64,000 bases of DNA from Deltaproteobacteria bacterium (GCA_029262315.1 JAJCZP010000221.1:2289-66288); one strand, 5' to 3'; shown: positions 26,411 to 37,490, counted from the stretch's first letter. Numbers and translations: made by a program. Notes: generated from the letters alone by a model not told the origin.

Positions 26411-27358
26411 GTGCTCGCACTACACTTCGACGGCTCACAGGCCCGCACGATCGATCTCCCACTCCCGCAGACGACGGCCGATACAGCCGTCGTCCGCGTC
26501 TCGCTTGCCGGGGTATGCAATACCGATCTCGAGCTCGTGAAGGGCTATATGGGATTCCGTGGCATCCTCGGTCATGAGTTCGTCGGCGTCGTAGAAGACG
26601 GGCCCGCGCAATGGTGCGGCCGGCGGGTGGTGAGCGAGATCAATTTCGCCTGCGGGCGTTGCGAGAGCTGCAACCGTGGTCTCGAACGCCACTGCCCGGC
26701 GCGAACCGTCATGGGCATTCTCGGGGCGGACGGCGCGTTTGCCGAGTATGTACGGGTTCCGGTGCGGAATCTCCACACGGTGCCCGACACTCTCGGCGAC
26801 GAACGCGCGGTCTTCAGTGAGCCCCTCGCCGCGGCCTTTGAGATTCTGCAGCAAGTCACGATCGATCCCGGTAGCGAGTGCGTCGTCCTGGGCGACGGCA
26901 AACTCGGACTGCTCGTGGCTCAGGTCCTCGCCGATGCCGGCGCGCGTGTTCTCGCGGTCGGCCACCATCCCGAGCGACTGGCGCTGCTCGCTCGCCGGGG
27001 CGTCGCAACCGTCCTTGCCGCGGATTGGACACCCATCCCGTTTCCATTGGTCGTCGAGGCGACGGGCAGCGCCACGGGCTTCGCCCTCGCCGTCGCGGCC
27101 ACCCGTCCGCGCGGCACCCTGGTTCTCAAGAGCACCTACGCCGACAATCCGCGGGTCGATCTCGCACCCATCGTCATCAACGAGATTCAGGTCCTCGGCT
27201 CGCGCTGCGGCCCCTTTTCTCCCGCGATCGACGCCCTCGCCGCGTCTCGCATCGATGTCGAAGGTCTGATTACCGACCGGGTCCCGCTCGCTCAGGGCCC
27301 GGCGGCCCTCGAGGCCGCCGCCAGCGGCGCCTCAAAAATTTTGATCGAAGTCGCGTAA
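26411..27358 (+). CDS. Zinc-dependent alcohol dehydrogenase (MDR superfamily, threonine/sorbitol-DH-like)
   Basis: GVCNTDLELVKGYMG..GHEFVGVVE and the structural-Zn Cys cluster CGRCESCNRGLERHC. GTG start at 26411 behind AAGG. The ORF-track start at 26216 runs through an Arg-rich leader unlikely to be coding. Confidence 0.75.
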   Translation: MLALHFDGSQARTIDLPLPQTTADTAVVRVSLAGVCNTDLELVKGYMGFRGILGHEFVGVVEDGPAQWCGRRVVSEINFACGRCESCNRGLERHCPARTVMGILGADGAFAEYVRVPVRNLHTVPDTLGDERAVFSEPLAAAFEILQQVTIDPGSECVVLGDGKLGLLVAQVLADAGARVLAVGHHPERLALLARRGVATVLAADWTPIPFPLVVEATGSATGFALAVAATRPRGTLVLKSTYADNPRVDLAPIVINEIQVLGSRCGPFSPAIDALAASRIDVEGLITDRVPLAQGPAALEAAASGASKILIEVA

Positions 27359-27465
27359 ACCCGCTTGATCCAGCCCCTCCGATCTATGGTACTTCTACCA
27401 CTGGCTGCCGGCACCAGCCGCTGTCGCACCACCAACCACAGACCAAACGTCCTTCTGGGGGGCAC

Positions 27466-28950
27466 ATGATGAACTCGATCTATCGGAGCGCCCGTTACGC
27501 AATGTTGCTCGCCATTGGGGCAAGCATGCTGCTGCCCGCACCTGCGATGGCCGCCGAATACTTCGGCCAGGCCTCAGCCCGAGTGAGCATCACAGGGGCA
27601 AGCGGCGCCCCGCTTCCGGCCGGTTCGATCGAAACGACGTTCGTCGAGGCAACCTCTTTCGCGGAGACCACAGGCTCTAGCGTCTCGTTCGCGAACGCCG
27701 ACGTCTCGACAGATGCCGGCGGCGGGTTCATCGACGGCTTCGGGACTGTGCTCGGGGTCGCGGGTGCCAGCGACGGAGCCGTGTCGCAGGCGAATGCGAG
27801 ATGGATCGGCGGTGTCCTGGTGAACAGCACGACAGAGATCAGCGTGCTCGCCGACGTGTCCTTCTTCTCGGCCGTGGCCGGAACGGTCGCCGTTCCGGAA
27901 GAACTCGCGTCCGCCGGGGTCACGCTCGACCTCGTGTTCGGCACTGTCTACGCGAGCTGCATCGCGGGCGCGGGCTCGAACGTCCGAAATGTCGATCTCG
28001 ATTGCTTCGACATCATCGTGCGGGTCCCGCTCGACGACCAGCACGGAGTCGCGGTCCCCAACTTCCTCATGCACACCACGCTCTCTGGCCATGAGAGCGC
28101 GAGCCTGGTGGCCAGCATCGTCGAAGGAAACGCCGGCAATCCCACGCCTCTGGCGTCCGGCGCTGTTCAGCAAGCGGTGATCGGCATCAGCGCCGGCGTC
28201 CCGGTCCTGGTGGGAATCGAGGCCACCGTGGCTGGTGATGCCGCCCTCACCGGCGAACCGCGATGCTTCGGGAGCGTCGCCACGATCGTCGGCACCGAAG
28301 GCGACGACGACATTCGTGGCACGTCCGGAAACGACGTCATTTTGAGCCTCGGCGGCAACGACGTCATCAGCGGCAAGGCGGGCGACGATCTCATCTGCGG
28401 CGGCGACGGCGACGATCGGATCGTCGGCCACAAGCATGATGACAAGATCGCGGGCGAGGGCGGCAACGACAAGATCGACGGCTACTACGGCGACGACTAC
28501 ATCTCAGCCGGTCCGGGCGACGACTTCGTCCAGGGATGCGACGGCGTGGATGTCATCGACGGCGGCCCCGGCAACGACACGCTTCGCGGTGAGCGCGGTC
28601 CCGACCTGATCATGGGCGGCACGGGCAACGACAACATCAAGGGCGCCGCCGGGAGAGACGTCGTGATCGGCGGGCAGGATGTGACGATCGATGTCTCCGT
28701 CACGCTGAACGGCTTCGCTCCGATTGCGTTCAAAACAGCGACCGAAGGTGACAACGACCAGGTCAACGGCGATCGCAACGACGACATCGTCGAGGGTGGC
28801 CCCGGAAATGATCTCCTCAAGGGCAACAAGGGCAACGACCTAATCGCTGGCGGCTCGGGCTCCGACGTCATTGCAGGCGGCGGTGGACCCGGAGACGAAT
28901 GCACCGATGACGATCCCGGCACATCGTTCAGCAACTGCGAGAATCCCTAG
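27466..28950 (+). CDS. Secreted RTX-type (hemolysin-type) calcium-binding repeat protein
   Basis: Signal peptide MMNSIYRSARYAMLLAIGASMLLPAPAMA. C-terminal nonapeptide repeats GTSGNDVILSLGGNDVISGKAGDDLICGGDGDDRIVG... (GGxGxD). Confidence 0.8.
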   Translation: MMNSIYRSARYAMLLAIGASMLLPAPAMAAEYFGQASARVSITGASGAPLPAGSIETTFVEATSFAETTGSSVSFANADVSTDAGGGFIDGFGTVLGVAGASDGAVSQANARWIGGVLVNSTTEISVLADVSFFSAVAGTVAVPEELASAGVTLDLVFGTVYASCIAGAGSNVRNVDLDCFDIIVRVPLDDQHGVAVPNFLMHTTLSGHESASLVASIVEGNAGNPTPLASGAVQQAVIGISAGVPVLVGIEATVAGDAALTGEPRCFGSVATIVGTEGDDDIRGTSGNDVILSLGGNDVISGKAGDDLICGGDGDDRIVGHKHDDKIAGEGGNDKIDGYYGDDYISAGPGDDFVQGCDGVDVIDGGPGNDTLRGERGPDLIMGGTGNDNIKGAAGRDVVIGGQDVTIDVSVTLNGFAPIAFKTATEGDNDQVNGDRNDDIVEGGPGNDLLKGNKGNDLIAGGSGSDVIAGGGGPGDECTDDDPGTSFSNCENP

Positions 28951-28995
28951 AGGCCTGTGGCGCGACCTTGCAACTCAGGAGGCCGCGCTCAGCTT

Positions 28996-29436
28996 TCAGC
29001 AGACCTCGAGCGGCTCGACACCAGTCGGGCCGCCGAGGCGTGGCAGCCCATCATCGACCGATACCCACGCCGCGCGATCGCTGAAGAAGACGTGCATCTC
29101 AGGGACGCGGTCGATCGGGCCGTCGAGGTTGGCGAACGGAATGTCGACCTGATCGGGCGACGCGGCCAGCTCGCAGAACAGCGAGGTGCCGCACCGCCCG
29201 CAGAACGCACGGCGGCCATGCGCCGACGACGCGTGGTGCCGGAGTTCCCCTTCTCCAGCATCGATGGCGACCTGCCCGCGCGGCAATCCGATCCATGTGA
29301 CGTACCCGGCCCCATGGAGCCGTCGACACATGGAGCAGTGGCAGTGAGCGCAAAAGGCTGTGGGCAACTCGATTGTAAAGCGGACGGCGCCACAGAAGCA
29401 GCCGCCTGAGACAGAACCGCCGTCGACATCTTCCAT
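28996..29436 (-). CDS. GFA-family (glutathione-dependent formaldehyde-activating enzyme-like) zinc protein
   Basis: GGCFCGAVRF...CAHCHCSMCRR...CGRCGTSLF Cys pattern over 146 aa. It is the in-frame 3' portion of a longer antisense-looking ORF. Start taken at MEDVDGG (29436). Confidence 0.6.
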   Translation of the reverse strand: MEDVDGGSVSGGCFCGAVRFTIELPTAFCAHCHCSMCRRLHGAGYVTWIGLPRGQVAIDAGEGELRHHASSAHGRRAFCGRCGTSLFCELAASPDQVDIPFANLDGPIDRVPEMHVFFSDRAAWVSVDDGLPRLGGPTGVEPLEVC

Positions 29437-29633
29437 CGCCCAGAACGTGCCACGCGCCCAGAGATGAGCCAACCACCGATGTTCTCGGGCGCCCCCCTCG
29501 GGACCGCCGAAGCGGACCACGTGTAAGGAGCCTGAGGCGATCGCTCTCCTCGCTTGCACCCATTCCCGGACGAAGGGCAGAATGCCGCATCGCGTTGCCG
29601 GACACGATTCGTACGGGAGGGGGACGATCGAGA

Positions 29634-31391
29634 ATGATGCGGAGTCGTCGGATACGGGTCGTGTGCGCACTGGCGGTTGCCCTGTGGGCGCTTCCGCTGC
29701 CCATGGCGCACCTGTCGGGAACAGCGAATGGCCAGACCACGGCCGATGACGCCACGGCTCCCGTCGATCCTCTCGTCGCCGACGCGGCGGAACTCGCGGC
29801 ACGTATCGCGACGTTGCGGGAGAAGATCCAGAATGCCGACACCGCGGCGAAGGACGTGCAAGGCGAGGATCGACTCGTCCTCCAAGAGCAAGCGTGGCAA
29901 CTGCGGCTCGAGGCGCAGGCCGCCATCGGCGCTCTCGCCCAGAACATCGTACGCCAGACGAAGAAGGGCCTCGATCCCGGCCAGCTCGGCGCGAGGTTCG
30001 TCGCCGACCTCGAGAAGGGCTACCCCAACTACATTCGCCACCTGGAGTGGCGACTGAACCGGGCGCGTATCCTGCGCGAAGCGCGCGACGCAGCCGTCGG
30101 CGCCGACCGGCTGGCGCTCGAGCAACACGTGGCCGAGGAAGAGAAGCGCGTGCAGCGAGTGTACCGCGCCGTGCTCGAGGCCATCGCCTATCGAGACATG
30201 CTGGGTCTCGATATCGAGGGCTCCCGTGCCGACGCCGCCACCCGGATCTCGGAGCGCGCGGAGATGGTTGCCGGACGCATGCGGCTGGCCCGCCGCGACG
30301 CCGACGCCGCGAAGGCCCAAGCCCTCGACCAACCGGACGACAGCGAAATCAAGCAGAAGGTGAAAGGCGCCGAGATCCGGCTCGACGAGACGGTCGACAG
30401 CCTGACGGCAACGATCGCCATGATGGCCGAACTCGACCTGAATACCGTGCCGTACCAACGGCTCTTGATTGAAACCACGGGTGAGATCGGGATCAGCCTG
30501 TTCAACAAGGACGTCGTCCTTGGCCTCCTCCGCGACTGGAGCGACGAGACGTTGCAGACCATCCGGCATCGGGGAACGACATGGCTGCTGCGGCTCATCC
30601 TCTTCTTCCTCGTACTGTCGGTCTTCTGGGTAGCGGCCACCGTCACGCGTCGGCTGATGATGCGCGGAGTGCGATCCGGGAGGTTTCAGATCTCGCAGTT
30701 GCTGCAGGAGACTCTCGTCACGTGGTCGTCGCGTACGGTCATGGCGGTCGGCGTGCTGGTTGCCCTCTCTCAGCTCGGCATCAAGATCGGGCCGCTGCTG
30801 GCCGGCCTCGGCATCGCCGGCTTCATCCTCGGGTTTGCGCTGCAAGAGACCCTGTCCAACTTCGCCGCCGGGGCCATGATCCTCATGTACCAGCCCTTCG
30901 ACGTGGGAGACGTCGTCGAGACGCTCGGCGTATCCGGCAAGGTGAGCAATATGAGCCTGGTGTCGACGACGATCCTGACGTTTGACAATCAAGCACTCAT
31001 CATTCCGAACCGAAGGATCTGGGGCGACGTCATCCGCAACGTCACGGCCCAGAAAACGCGCCGCGTCGACCTCACGGTGCGGGTCGACTACCGCGAGGAC
31101 GTGGACCGCGTCGAGACGGTGCTGCAGGACGTGATGGCGCAGCACGAGAAGGTGCTCGATGATCCCACACCCGCGGTACGGGTGATCAAGATAGGCGAGG
31201 CTGGCGTCGAGATCGCCTACCGCCCGTGGTGTAACACCGACGACTACTGGGACGTTTACTGGGACCTCACCCGCAGAGTCGTCGAACGCTTCGATCGCGA
31301 AGGGATCCCCATCGCGCTGCCACAGCGCGCCGTTCGGCTCGTGGGTGAAACCGCGACCGCACAGGTTGCAAGCCGCAAAGGCGAGCGATAG
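29634..31391 (+). CDS. MscS-family mechanosensitive channel with a long N-terminal periplasmic coiled-coil domain (MscK/KefA-like architecture)
   Basis: Signal peptide MMRSRRIRVVCALAVALWALPLPMA. C-terminal MscS core ..LGIKIGPLLAGLGIAGFILGFALQETLSNFAAGAMILMYQPFDVGDVVE... RBS GGGAGGGGGA. Confidence 0.85.
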   Translation: MMRSRRIRVVCALAVALWALPLPMAHLSGTANGQTTADDATAPVDPLVADAAELAARIATLREKIQNADTAAKDVQGEDRLVLQEQAWQLRLEAQAAIGALAQNIVRQTKKGLDPGQLGARFVADLEKGYPNYIRHLEWRLNRARILREARDAAVGADRLALEQHVAEEEKRVQRVYRAVLEAIAYRDMLGLDIEGSRADAATRISERAEMVAGRMRLARRDADAAKAQALDQPDDSEIKQKVKGAEIRLDETVDSLTATIAMMAELDLNTVPYQRLLIETTGEIGISLFNKDVVLGLLRDWSDETLQTIRHRGTTWLLRLILFFLVLSVFWVAATVTRRLMMRGVRSGRFQISQLLQETLVTWSSRTVMAVGVLVALSQLGIKIGPLLAGLGIAGFILGFALQETLSNFAAGAMILMYQPFDVGDVVETLGVSGKVSNMSLVSTTILTFDNQALIIPNRRIWGDVIRNVTAQKTRRVDLTVRVDYREDVDRVETVLQDVMAQHEKVLDDPTPAVRVIKIGEAGVEIAYRPWCNTDDYWDVYWDLTRRVVERFDREGIPIALPQRAVRLVGETATAQVASRKGER

Positions 31392-31448
31392 CACCGCTAC
31401 GCCGGTACGAAGATCTACGCACCCGTACCGAGCGGAAAGGGGCACCCC

Positions 31449-32141
31449 ATGGCATTGTCACGGAAGATGGCAGCGGAGTTCGTCGGTACGTTCTGGCTAG
31501 TCTTTGGAGGCTGCGGAAGCGCCGTCCTAGCGGCCGCATTTCCTGACGTGGGCATCGGGTTGCTCGGCGTCTCGCTCGCGTTCGGGCTCACAGTTCTTAC
31601 GATGGCATACGCGGTGGGACACATATCGGGCTGCCACCTCAATCCGGCGGTCTCGGTCGGCTTGCTCGTCGGCGGGCGGTTCCCGTCATCCGAACTCGCC
31701 CCCTACGTGGGCGCGCAGGTGGCCGGAGGCATTGCCGGCAGCGCCGTCCTCTACGTGATCGCGAGCGGCGCACCGGGCTTCGATCTGGCCGGTGGTTTCG
31801 CGTCCAACGGCTACGGCGCCCACTCTCCCGGGGGCTACTCTCTGCTCTCCGCCCTGGTCGCCGAGGTCGTGCTCACCTTCATGTTTCTGGTCATCATTCT
31901 CGGCGCCACCGACACACGCGCTCCCGCCGGTTTCGCACCCATCGCGATTGGGCTCGGCCTGACCCTGATTCACCTGATCGGCATTCCGGTCACCAATCTA
32001 TCGGTGAATCCAGCCCGCAGCACCGGACCAGCACTCTTCGTAGGCGGCTGGGCGCTGGCGCAATTGTGGCTCTTCTGGGTTGCTCCCATCGTCGGCGCCG
32101 GACTCGCTGGTGGTTTCTATCGCTGGCTTGGCGACGAGTGA
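31449..32141 (+). CDS. aqpZ: Aquaporin Z (MIP family water channel)
   Basis: [42 protein letters not shown] (first NPA) and near-colinearity with E. coli AqpZ. Confidence 0.9.
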   Translation: MALSRKMAAEFVGTFWLVFGGCGSAVLAAAFPDVGIGLLGVSLAFGLTVLTMAYAVGHISGCHLNPAVSVGLLVGGRFPSSELAPYVGAQVAGGIAGSAVLYVIASGAPGFDLAGGFASNGYGAHSPGGYSLLSALVAEVVLTFMFLVIILGATDTRAPAGFAPIAIGLGLTLIHLIGIPVTNLSVNPARSTGPALFVGGWALAQLWLFWVAPIVGAGLAGGFYRWLGDE

Positions 32142-33715
32142 CGGACGCGCTCGTGGCGGCGTGCAGGCGGGCGACCTACCGACCTGCACGCCTCGGGGCA
32201 TTGGCGTTCCTGCTCGCGCTCGGCCTCGTCGGCTGCGCCGCACAAACGCGCCCGGAGATCGCCCACGAGCGCGTAGCGTCGGTCCGCTACGATACGCCCG
32301 CGGACACGCGCCTCGGCCGCGCCCTTGGCTATCCCGAGACCGCGCAGCGGACCGAGTCCGGCTTCCAGATTCTCGCCACCGGTCGTGACGCCTTCGAGGC
32401 GCGCGTCCGACTGGCGGCGCTCGCTGAACACGCGATCGACGCGCAGTACTACATCTGGGCGCGCGATGAGAGTGGATTCATGCTCGGCGACGCCCTGCTC
32501 CACGCCGCCGACCGCGGCGTGCGCGTACGTATCCTCATCGATGACATGTACACGGGCGGTCGGGACGTACCGCTGGCGAGCTTCGATGCCCACCCGAACA
32601 TCGAGCTCCGCGTGTTCAACCCGTTCACCGCACGTTCGAACCGCGCATTCAATTTTCTCGGGTCCATGAAGCGACTCGATCACCGGATGCACAACAAGCT
32701 GTTCGTCGCTGATGGCGCGGCGGCGATCGTCGGCGGCCGCAACATCGGCAACGACTACTTTGGGGTCGATTCCGCCAAGAACTATCGCGACCTCGACACG
32801 CTGGCCGTCGGACCCATCGTACCGGCCCTCGCGGCGAGCTTCGACGACTACTGGAACTGCGACTGGGCCATTCCGATCTCCGCGCTCGAAGACAAACCGG
32901 CCCCGGAGGCGTTCATGGCGGACGTCGTACAAGCACGCACCAGGCTCGAGATCCAGGAGTTCCCGTATCCGATCACGTTCACGGAATCCGATCTCGACGA
33001 GTGGGCGACCACGTTACACGACGAGCTCGCCTACGGCGAAGCGGAAGTACTCGTCGACAAGCCGAACAAGCCCGCGACCGACAGCACGACCATCCACGAT
33101 CGGTTCCGCGAGCTGCAAGACGCGGCCGAGCATCACCTCACCATCGAGAACGCCTATGTCGTCCCCGACGAGCGCACATATACGGCGCTCACCAATGCGC
33201 ACGCTCAGGGGTTGCACTACCGCCTCCTCACCAACTCGGCCGCCTCCAACGACGTGGGCATCGTGCATGCGCACTACGCCCGGAGCCGCAAGCGCATGCT
33301 CGGACTCGGGGTCGAGCTCTACGAGCTCCGCGTCGATGCCGAGGACGTGCGCCGACACTGGTCACTCCTGGCAGGCCGCTCCCAGGCGAGCCTCCACACC
33401 AAGGTCTTCACCGCGGACAACGCGATTTCGTTCATCGGCAGCTACAACGCCGACCCACGGTCGCGCGACATCAACACTGAGATTGGCGTCCTGGTACGGA
33501 GCGAGGAACTCGCCAAACGACTCGACGCCTACATGGACGACGGCATGCAACTCGACAACAGCTACAGAGTCGAACTCGACGCCGACGGCAACATTGTGTG
33601 GGTCACGAAGATCGAGGGCAAGGAAATCCGCTTCACCCGGGAGCCCCACACCAGCCCCTGGACCCGCTTCACGCTGTGGTTTCTCGGCCGCCTCCCGGTC
33701 AAAGACAAGCTCTGA
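32138..33715 (+). CDS. Phospholipase D / cardiolipin-synthase-like lipoprotein (two HKD motifs)
   Basis: GTG start overlaps the aqpZ stop (GTGA). Lipobox [11 protein letters not shown] motifs [24 protein letters not shown] and [23 protein letters not shown]. Confidence 0.85.
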   Translation: MTDALVAACRRATYRPARLGALAFLLALGLVGCAAQTRPEIAHERVASVRYDTPADTRLGRALGYPETAQRTESGFQILATGRDAFEARVRLAALAEHAIDAQYYIWARDESGFMLGDALLHAADRGVRVRILIDDMYTGGRDVPLASFDAHPNIELRVFNPFTARSNRAFNFLGSMKRLDHRMHNKLFVADGAAAIVGGRNIGNDYFGVDSAKNYRDLDTLAVGPIVPALAASFDDYWNCDWAIPISALEDKPAPEAFMADVVQARTRLEIQEFPYPITFTESDLDEWATTLHDELAYGEAEVLVDKPNKPATDSTTIHDRFRELQDAAEHHLTIENAYVVPDERTYTALTNAHAQGLHYRLLTNSAASNDVGIVHAHYARSRKRMLGLGVELYELRVDAEDVRRHWSLLAGRSQASLHTKVFTADNAISFIGSYNADPRSRDINTEIGVLVRSEELAKRLDAYMDDGMQLDNSYRVELDADGNIVWVTKIEGKEIRFTREPHTSPWTRFTLWFLGRLPVKDKL

Positions 33716-34209
33716 CGCGGGACGCATCGGGCCTCTGGTCGGGGCGTGTCCACTCGCGCCCTGCCCTGACGTGCCGATGCTTCAACGTCCGGTCATAGAC
33801 GCAGCCCTCGACGGACCGGGAGACGCCGCCGAACCTCTCCGCTAGGCTTCTGCGTTCGGGGGCACTAGCGGCCGCACACCGGTCGTGCTAGGATCTGCTC
33901 TTCACTGGAGTGCCGTAACGGGCCGGTAGCGGCCACGAGGCCTCCGACGCTGCGCAAACGCAGCCCTTTCTCCTCCACGCGTCCGGCGGGCAGAGAAGCA
34001 AGAAACGCCGGACGGAGAAGAGAAGACGTATGCGCAGCAAGCACCCGGGCTCGCCTCGAGCCCACCCTAGAAACCGGTCTACCCGGGACCCCGCAACGCA
34101 AGGCCGCCCGGCGGGCCAGCGCCCGCACCCGATTCCCGACGATCGTGCACCGCGCCATGAACTCGGCGCCTCCCGGCGCGAGCCCACGCCGCACGTCCCG
34201 CCGAAAGGC

Positions 34210-35466
34210 GTGTTCGCGGACCTCCTCCCGCAGCTCCAGCGCGCCGTCGCCAGCGCGGGCTACCTCGACCCCACTCCGATCCAGGCTCAGTCCATCCCGC
34301 ACCTGCTCGAGGGACGCGACCTGCTCGGAACGGCGCAGACCGGCAGCGGAAAGACCGCCGCCTTCACGCTCCCCCTGCTCCAGCATCTCCTTCACAACAA
34401 GGCCGCGCGCGGGCGCAGGAAGCCACGCGCGCTCGTCATCGCCCCAACGCGTGAACTCGCGGCCCAGATCGACGATTGCGTCGGAACCTACGGGCGCCAC
34501 ATGGACGTCCGTCATACGGCGATCTACGGCGGGGTGGGTCAGCGCCCACAGGTCGAAGCGCTGAAGCGAGGCCTCGATGTAGTCGTCGCCACGCCGGGCC
34601 GCTTGCTCGATCTGATGCAGCAAGGCTTCGTCCATCTCGATCAGGTCGAGATCTTCGTCCTCGACGAGGTGGATCGCATGCTCGACATGGGATTCATCCA
34701 TGACATCAAGAAGATCATCGCCGCCCTGCCTCCGAAACGACAGTCACTCTTCTTCTCGGCCACCATGGCACGTGAAGTCACGGCGCTCGCCAAGACGCTG
34801 GTCACCAATCCCGTCCAGGTCTCGATCACGCCCGAGCAACCAGCCGTCGAACGCATCGTCCAAAAGATTTTGTTCGTCGAGAAGAAGAACAAGGTCCCGC
34901 TCCTGACGTCACTGCTTCGCGATCCCGGGGTCGACAAGGTACTCGTGTTCACGCGCCTGAAGCACACGGCAAACCGGGTTGCGGAGAAACTCGTCGCCGC
35001 TGGGATTCCGGGGGCCGCGATTCACGGCAACAAGAGCCAGCAGGCCCGGACGCGGGCGATGACGGGCTTCAAGGCTGGGAGAGTCCGCGTGCTGGTTGCG
35101 ACCGATATCGCGGCGCGCGGGATCGACGTCGACGGCATCACCCACGTCATCAACTACGATCTCCCAAACGAATCGGAAACCTACGTGCACCGCATCGGGC
35201 GGACCGCCCGTGCGGGCGCCGAGGGCGATGCGGTCTCATTCTGCAGCGCGGACGAGCGACCCTACCTCCGCGACATCGAGCGGCTCATTAAAACGTCGAT
35301 CCCCATCGATACCGAGCATGCCTACCACAGCGAGGAAGCCTCCAAGGCGGCCCCTCGCAATGCATCGCCATCGCGACGCCCTTCGGCATGGCCGAAGCCT
35401 CCCCGTGTCGATACGACGCGCCGCCGTCGTCGCGGGCCCCGCTCAAGCACCGGCCGTCGTTCCTAA
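34210..35466 (+). CDS. DEAD-box ATP-dependent RNA helicase (RhlE-like) with a basic C-terminal tail
   Basis: Q-motif/[10 protein letters not shown] (motif I), [13 protein letters not shown] (motif II, DEVD variant), [10 protein letters not shown] (motif VI). GTG start 34210 behind GAAAGG. Confidence 0.9.
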   Translation: MFADLLPQLQRAVASAGYLDPTPIQAQSIPHLLEGRDLLGTAQTGSGKTAAFTLPLLQHLLHNKAARGRRKPRALVIAPTRELAAQIDDCVGTYGRHMDVRHTAIYGGVGQRPQVEALKRGLDVVVATPGRLLDLMQQGFVHLDQVEIFVLDEVDRMLDMGFIHDIKKIIAALPPKRQSLFFSATMAREVTALAKTLVTNPVQVSITPEQPAVERIVQKILFVEKKNKVPLLTSLLRDPGVDKVLVFTRLKHTANRVAEKLVAAGIPGAAIHGNKSQQARTRAMTGFKAGRVRVLVATDIAARGIDVDGITHVINYDLPNESETYVHRIGRTARAGAEGDAVSFCSADERPYLRDIERLIKTSIPIDTEHAYHSEEASKAAPRNASPSRRPSAWPKPPRVDTTRRRRRGPRSSTGRRS

Positions 35467-35520
35467 GTCACCTGCAGTCGCGTCCTTTCGCGGGACGCGA
35501 CTGCAGGCTACACCTGAACG

Positions 35521-36861
35521 GTGGGCGGCGCGACGAAGTACGACGCCATCGTCATCGGCGGTGGGCCGGCGGGCGCGACACTCGCGACGAGGCTCGCACA
35601 GCAGGGTCGTCGCGCGCTCGTCGTGGAACGTGAGGACTTCCCTCGCTTTCACATCGGCGAATCGCTCCTGCCCTGCTCGATGCCTCTCCTCGACGCGCTC
35701 GGGGTGCCGCCCGACCTCCTCCGATCGAAGTTCCTACCCAAGCACGCCGCGGAGTTCGTCACGGGCGACGGCAGCCTCGTCCGCCGCTATCCGTTCAAAG
35801 ACGGCGTCGTGTCCGGGCCGAACTCGGCATTCGAAGTCGATCGGGACGAGTTCGACAGCATCCTCCTTCAGAACGCGGCCCGCGCCGGCGCGACCGTCCG
35901 CCACGCGACCAAGGTCGTAGACTTCGACGTGCGATCCGATGGTGTGCGGGTCGAGGCACGCGCCCGCGATGGGTCCACGCAAACCTTCCGCGCGGAGGTA
36001 CTGGTCGATGCCAGCGGTCACTCGAGCCTCGTCGCTCGTCGTTTTGGCCTGCGCGAGGTCGACCCGAACCTGAAGAACTTCGCGGTGTACTCGCACTATC
36101 GCGGCGCCACCCGCGCGACCGGCGATGCCGAGGGTGACATCAGCATCGTCCTTGCGCCCCGGGGCTGGTGGTGGATCATTCCGCTCAAGAACAATCGCAC
36201 GAGCCTCGGACTCGTCGCTCCCGTGGCGACGCTCGCGGGAGAGCGCGCCGACACGACCTACCTCGAGCGCCAAATTGCGCGCACGCCCTACCTGGCGGCG
36301 CGCGTTGCGAGCGCCGAACGGATCGAGCCCGTCCGTACCGTCTCGAACTTCTCCTATCGCAGCAGCAGGATGACGGGTGACCGCTGGCTCCTGGTCGGCG
36401 ATGCGGCGGCGTTCATCGATCCCGTATTCTCAACCGGAGTCTACGTCGGCATGCGCCAGGGGTTCTTGGCGGCGGAGGTCATCGATCGCGCACTCGCACG
36501 GCAGCGCTTCTCGCGGCGAGCATTTCGAGACTACGAGCGCTGGTCCAGGAGGGCTCTCGACGTCTATCGCAATTTCGCGACCGGTTTCTACACGCCAGAG
36601 TTCGCCGAGATGATGATGCACCCGAGCGATACGTTGCAACTACGCCAAGCCGTGACGTCACTTCTCGCCGGCTACGTGGTCGACCATTTCGGTGTCAACT
36701 GGCGGATCGCGCTGTTTCGGAGCCTCATCCGCGCGAACAAGTACTGGCGGCTGACCCCGCGCCTGCCCGGCCGTCGCGAGGCCGCGGAAGCCTGGCGCGC
36801 CGGTCACGGTGGCGCCTCGGCACCGACGCAACGCCGAGGCCAAGAAGGCGGGCCTACTTGA
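35521..36861 (+). CDS. FAD-dependent monooxygenase of the flavin-dependent halogenase type
   Basis: DAIVIGGGPAGA (GxGxxG), FPRFHIGESLLP, and GWWWIIPL matching the WxWxIP halogenase fingerprint. 446 aa, GTG start. Confidence 0.65.
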   Translation: MGGATKYDAIVIGGGPAGATLATRLAQQGRRALVVEREDFPRFHIGESLLPCSMPLLDALGVPPDLLRSKFLPKHAAEFVTGDGSLVRRYPFKDGVVSGPNSAFEVDRDEFDSILLQNAARAGATVRHATKVVDFDVRSDGVRVEARARDGSTQTFRAEVLVDASGHSSLVARRFGLREVDPNLKNFAVYSHYRGATRATGDAEGDISIVLAPRGWWWIIPLKNNRTSLGLVAPVATLAGERADTTYLERQIARTPYLAARVASAERIEPVRTVSNFSYRSSRMTGDRWLLVGDAAAFIDPVFSTGVYVGMRQGFLAAEVIDRALARQRFSRRAFRDYERWSRRALDVYRNFATGFYTPEFAEMMMHPSDTLQLRQAVTSLLAGYVVDHFGVNWRIALFRSLIRANKYWRLTPRLPGRREAAEAWRAGHGGASAPTQRRGQEGGPT

Positions 36862-37300
36862 CCGCCCGAATGTTGGCCGTCCCCGCCCGCGGACGTATCG
36901 GCATGGGCCCGGCCCGTTTGACGAGATAGCGATCGGCAATCATGACGGCCTGCCGTTTTCGCTCCGGCACGGCGATCAACACGTCGACCGCTCGCTCCCA
37001 GCGCTCACCGTCCGCATCGGCAAGCTCGTAGAGATCGAGCGCCAGATCGACGTCCTTGGCGACGAGCGCCCGGTCGGCACGCGCAAGCAGCTCCTCGCGT
37101 GGAATCGGAATCCGCCCGAGCGCGCAGACCTGTACCATCTCCCGAAGCCGACCGCCGGAGAACAGCTGCTCCCGCAGAGCCTCCCAATCCTCGGCCTCGA
37201 CCAGATCCGCGCTCCGCGTGAACAACTCGAGCGCCTGGTTGATGTACCCCTTGGCAAGACATCGCCGGCCGACCAGCACGTCCGCTTCTTTCGAGGCCAT
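36854..37300 (-). CDS. Hypothetical helical protein (148 aa)
   Basis: GGAGGA-N6-ATG at 37300. Protein-like composition. The competing + ORF 36809-37342 is judged less protein-like. Confidence 0.45.
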   Translation of the reverse strand: MASKEADVLVGRRCLAKGYINQALELFTRSADLVEAEDWEALREQLFSGGRLREMVQVCALGRIPIPREELLARADRALVAKDVDLALDLYELADADGERWERAVDVLIAVPERKRQAVMIADRYLVKRAGPMPIRPRAGTANIRAVK

Positions 37301-37450
37301 GGCTTTCCTCCATCGCACGCCAACTGGTGCGCGTCAGATTGAGCGGCCCGGGGGGTTCACGCAGCCAGGATCCTGCCCCGGGAGCACTTCGGATTGCAAC
37401 AACTATCGCGCGCGCGTCACGACAAGCCTCCATCGCGTTGAATTGCTTGG

Positions 37451-37490
37451 ATTTCTCCACTCATTGCTTGATTGACCAGTCTCACACACG
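37451..37490. promoter_or_regulatory. Direct repeats ATTGCTTG(G/A) spaced 21 bp, ending in TTGACC; candidate regulator site or promoter
   Basis: gaATTGCTTGGATttctccactcATTGCTTGATTGACCag in the divergent gap between 36854-37300 (-) and the methyltransferase gene (+). Confidence 0.2.

Noticed and set aside
28989-31445. 818-aa minus-strand ORF
   Set aside because: Antisense to the clear MscS-family gene (29634-31391). Its translation is Arg/His/Asp-rich without motifs. Only the in-frame 3' portion (28996-29436), with the GFA Cys pattern, is a real gene.
36809-37342. 177-aa + ORF competing with the minus-strand hypothetical gene
   Set aside because: No RBS, and it overlaps the halogenase-like 3' end in another frame. 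The minus-strand ORF has GGAGGA-N6-ATG and a more protein-like sequence. Both remain uncertain.
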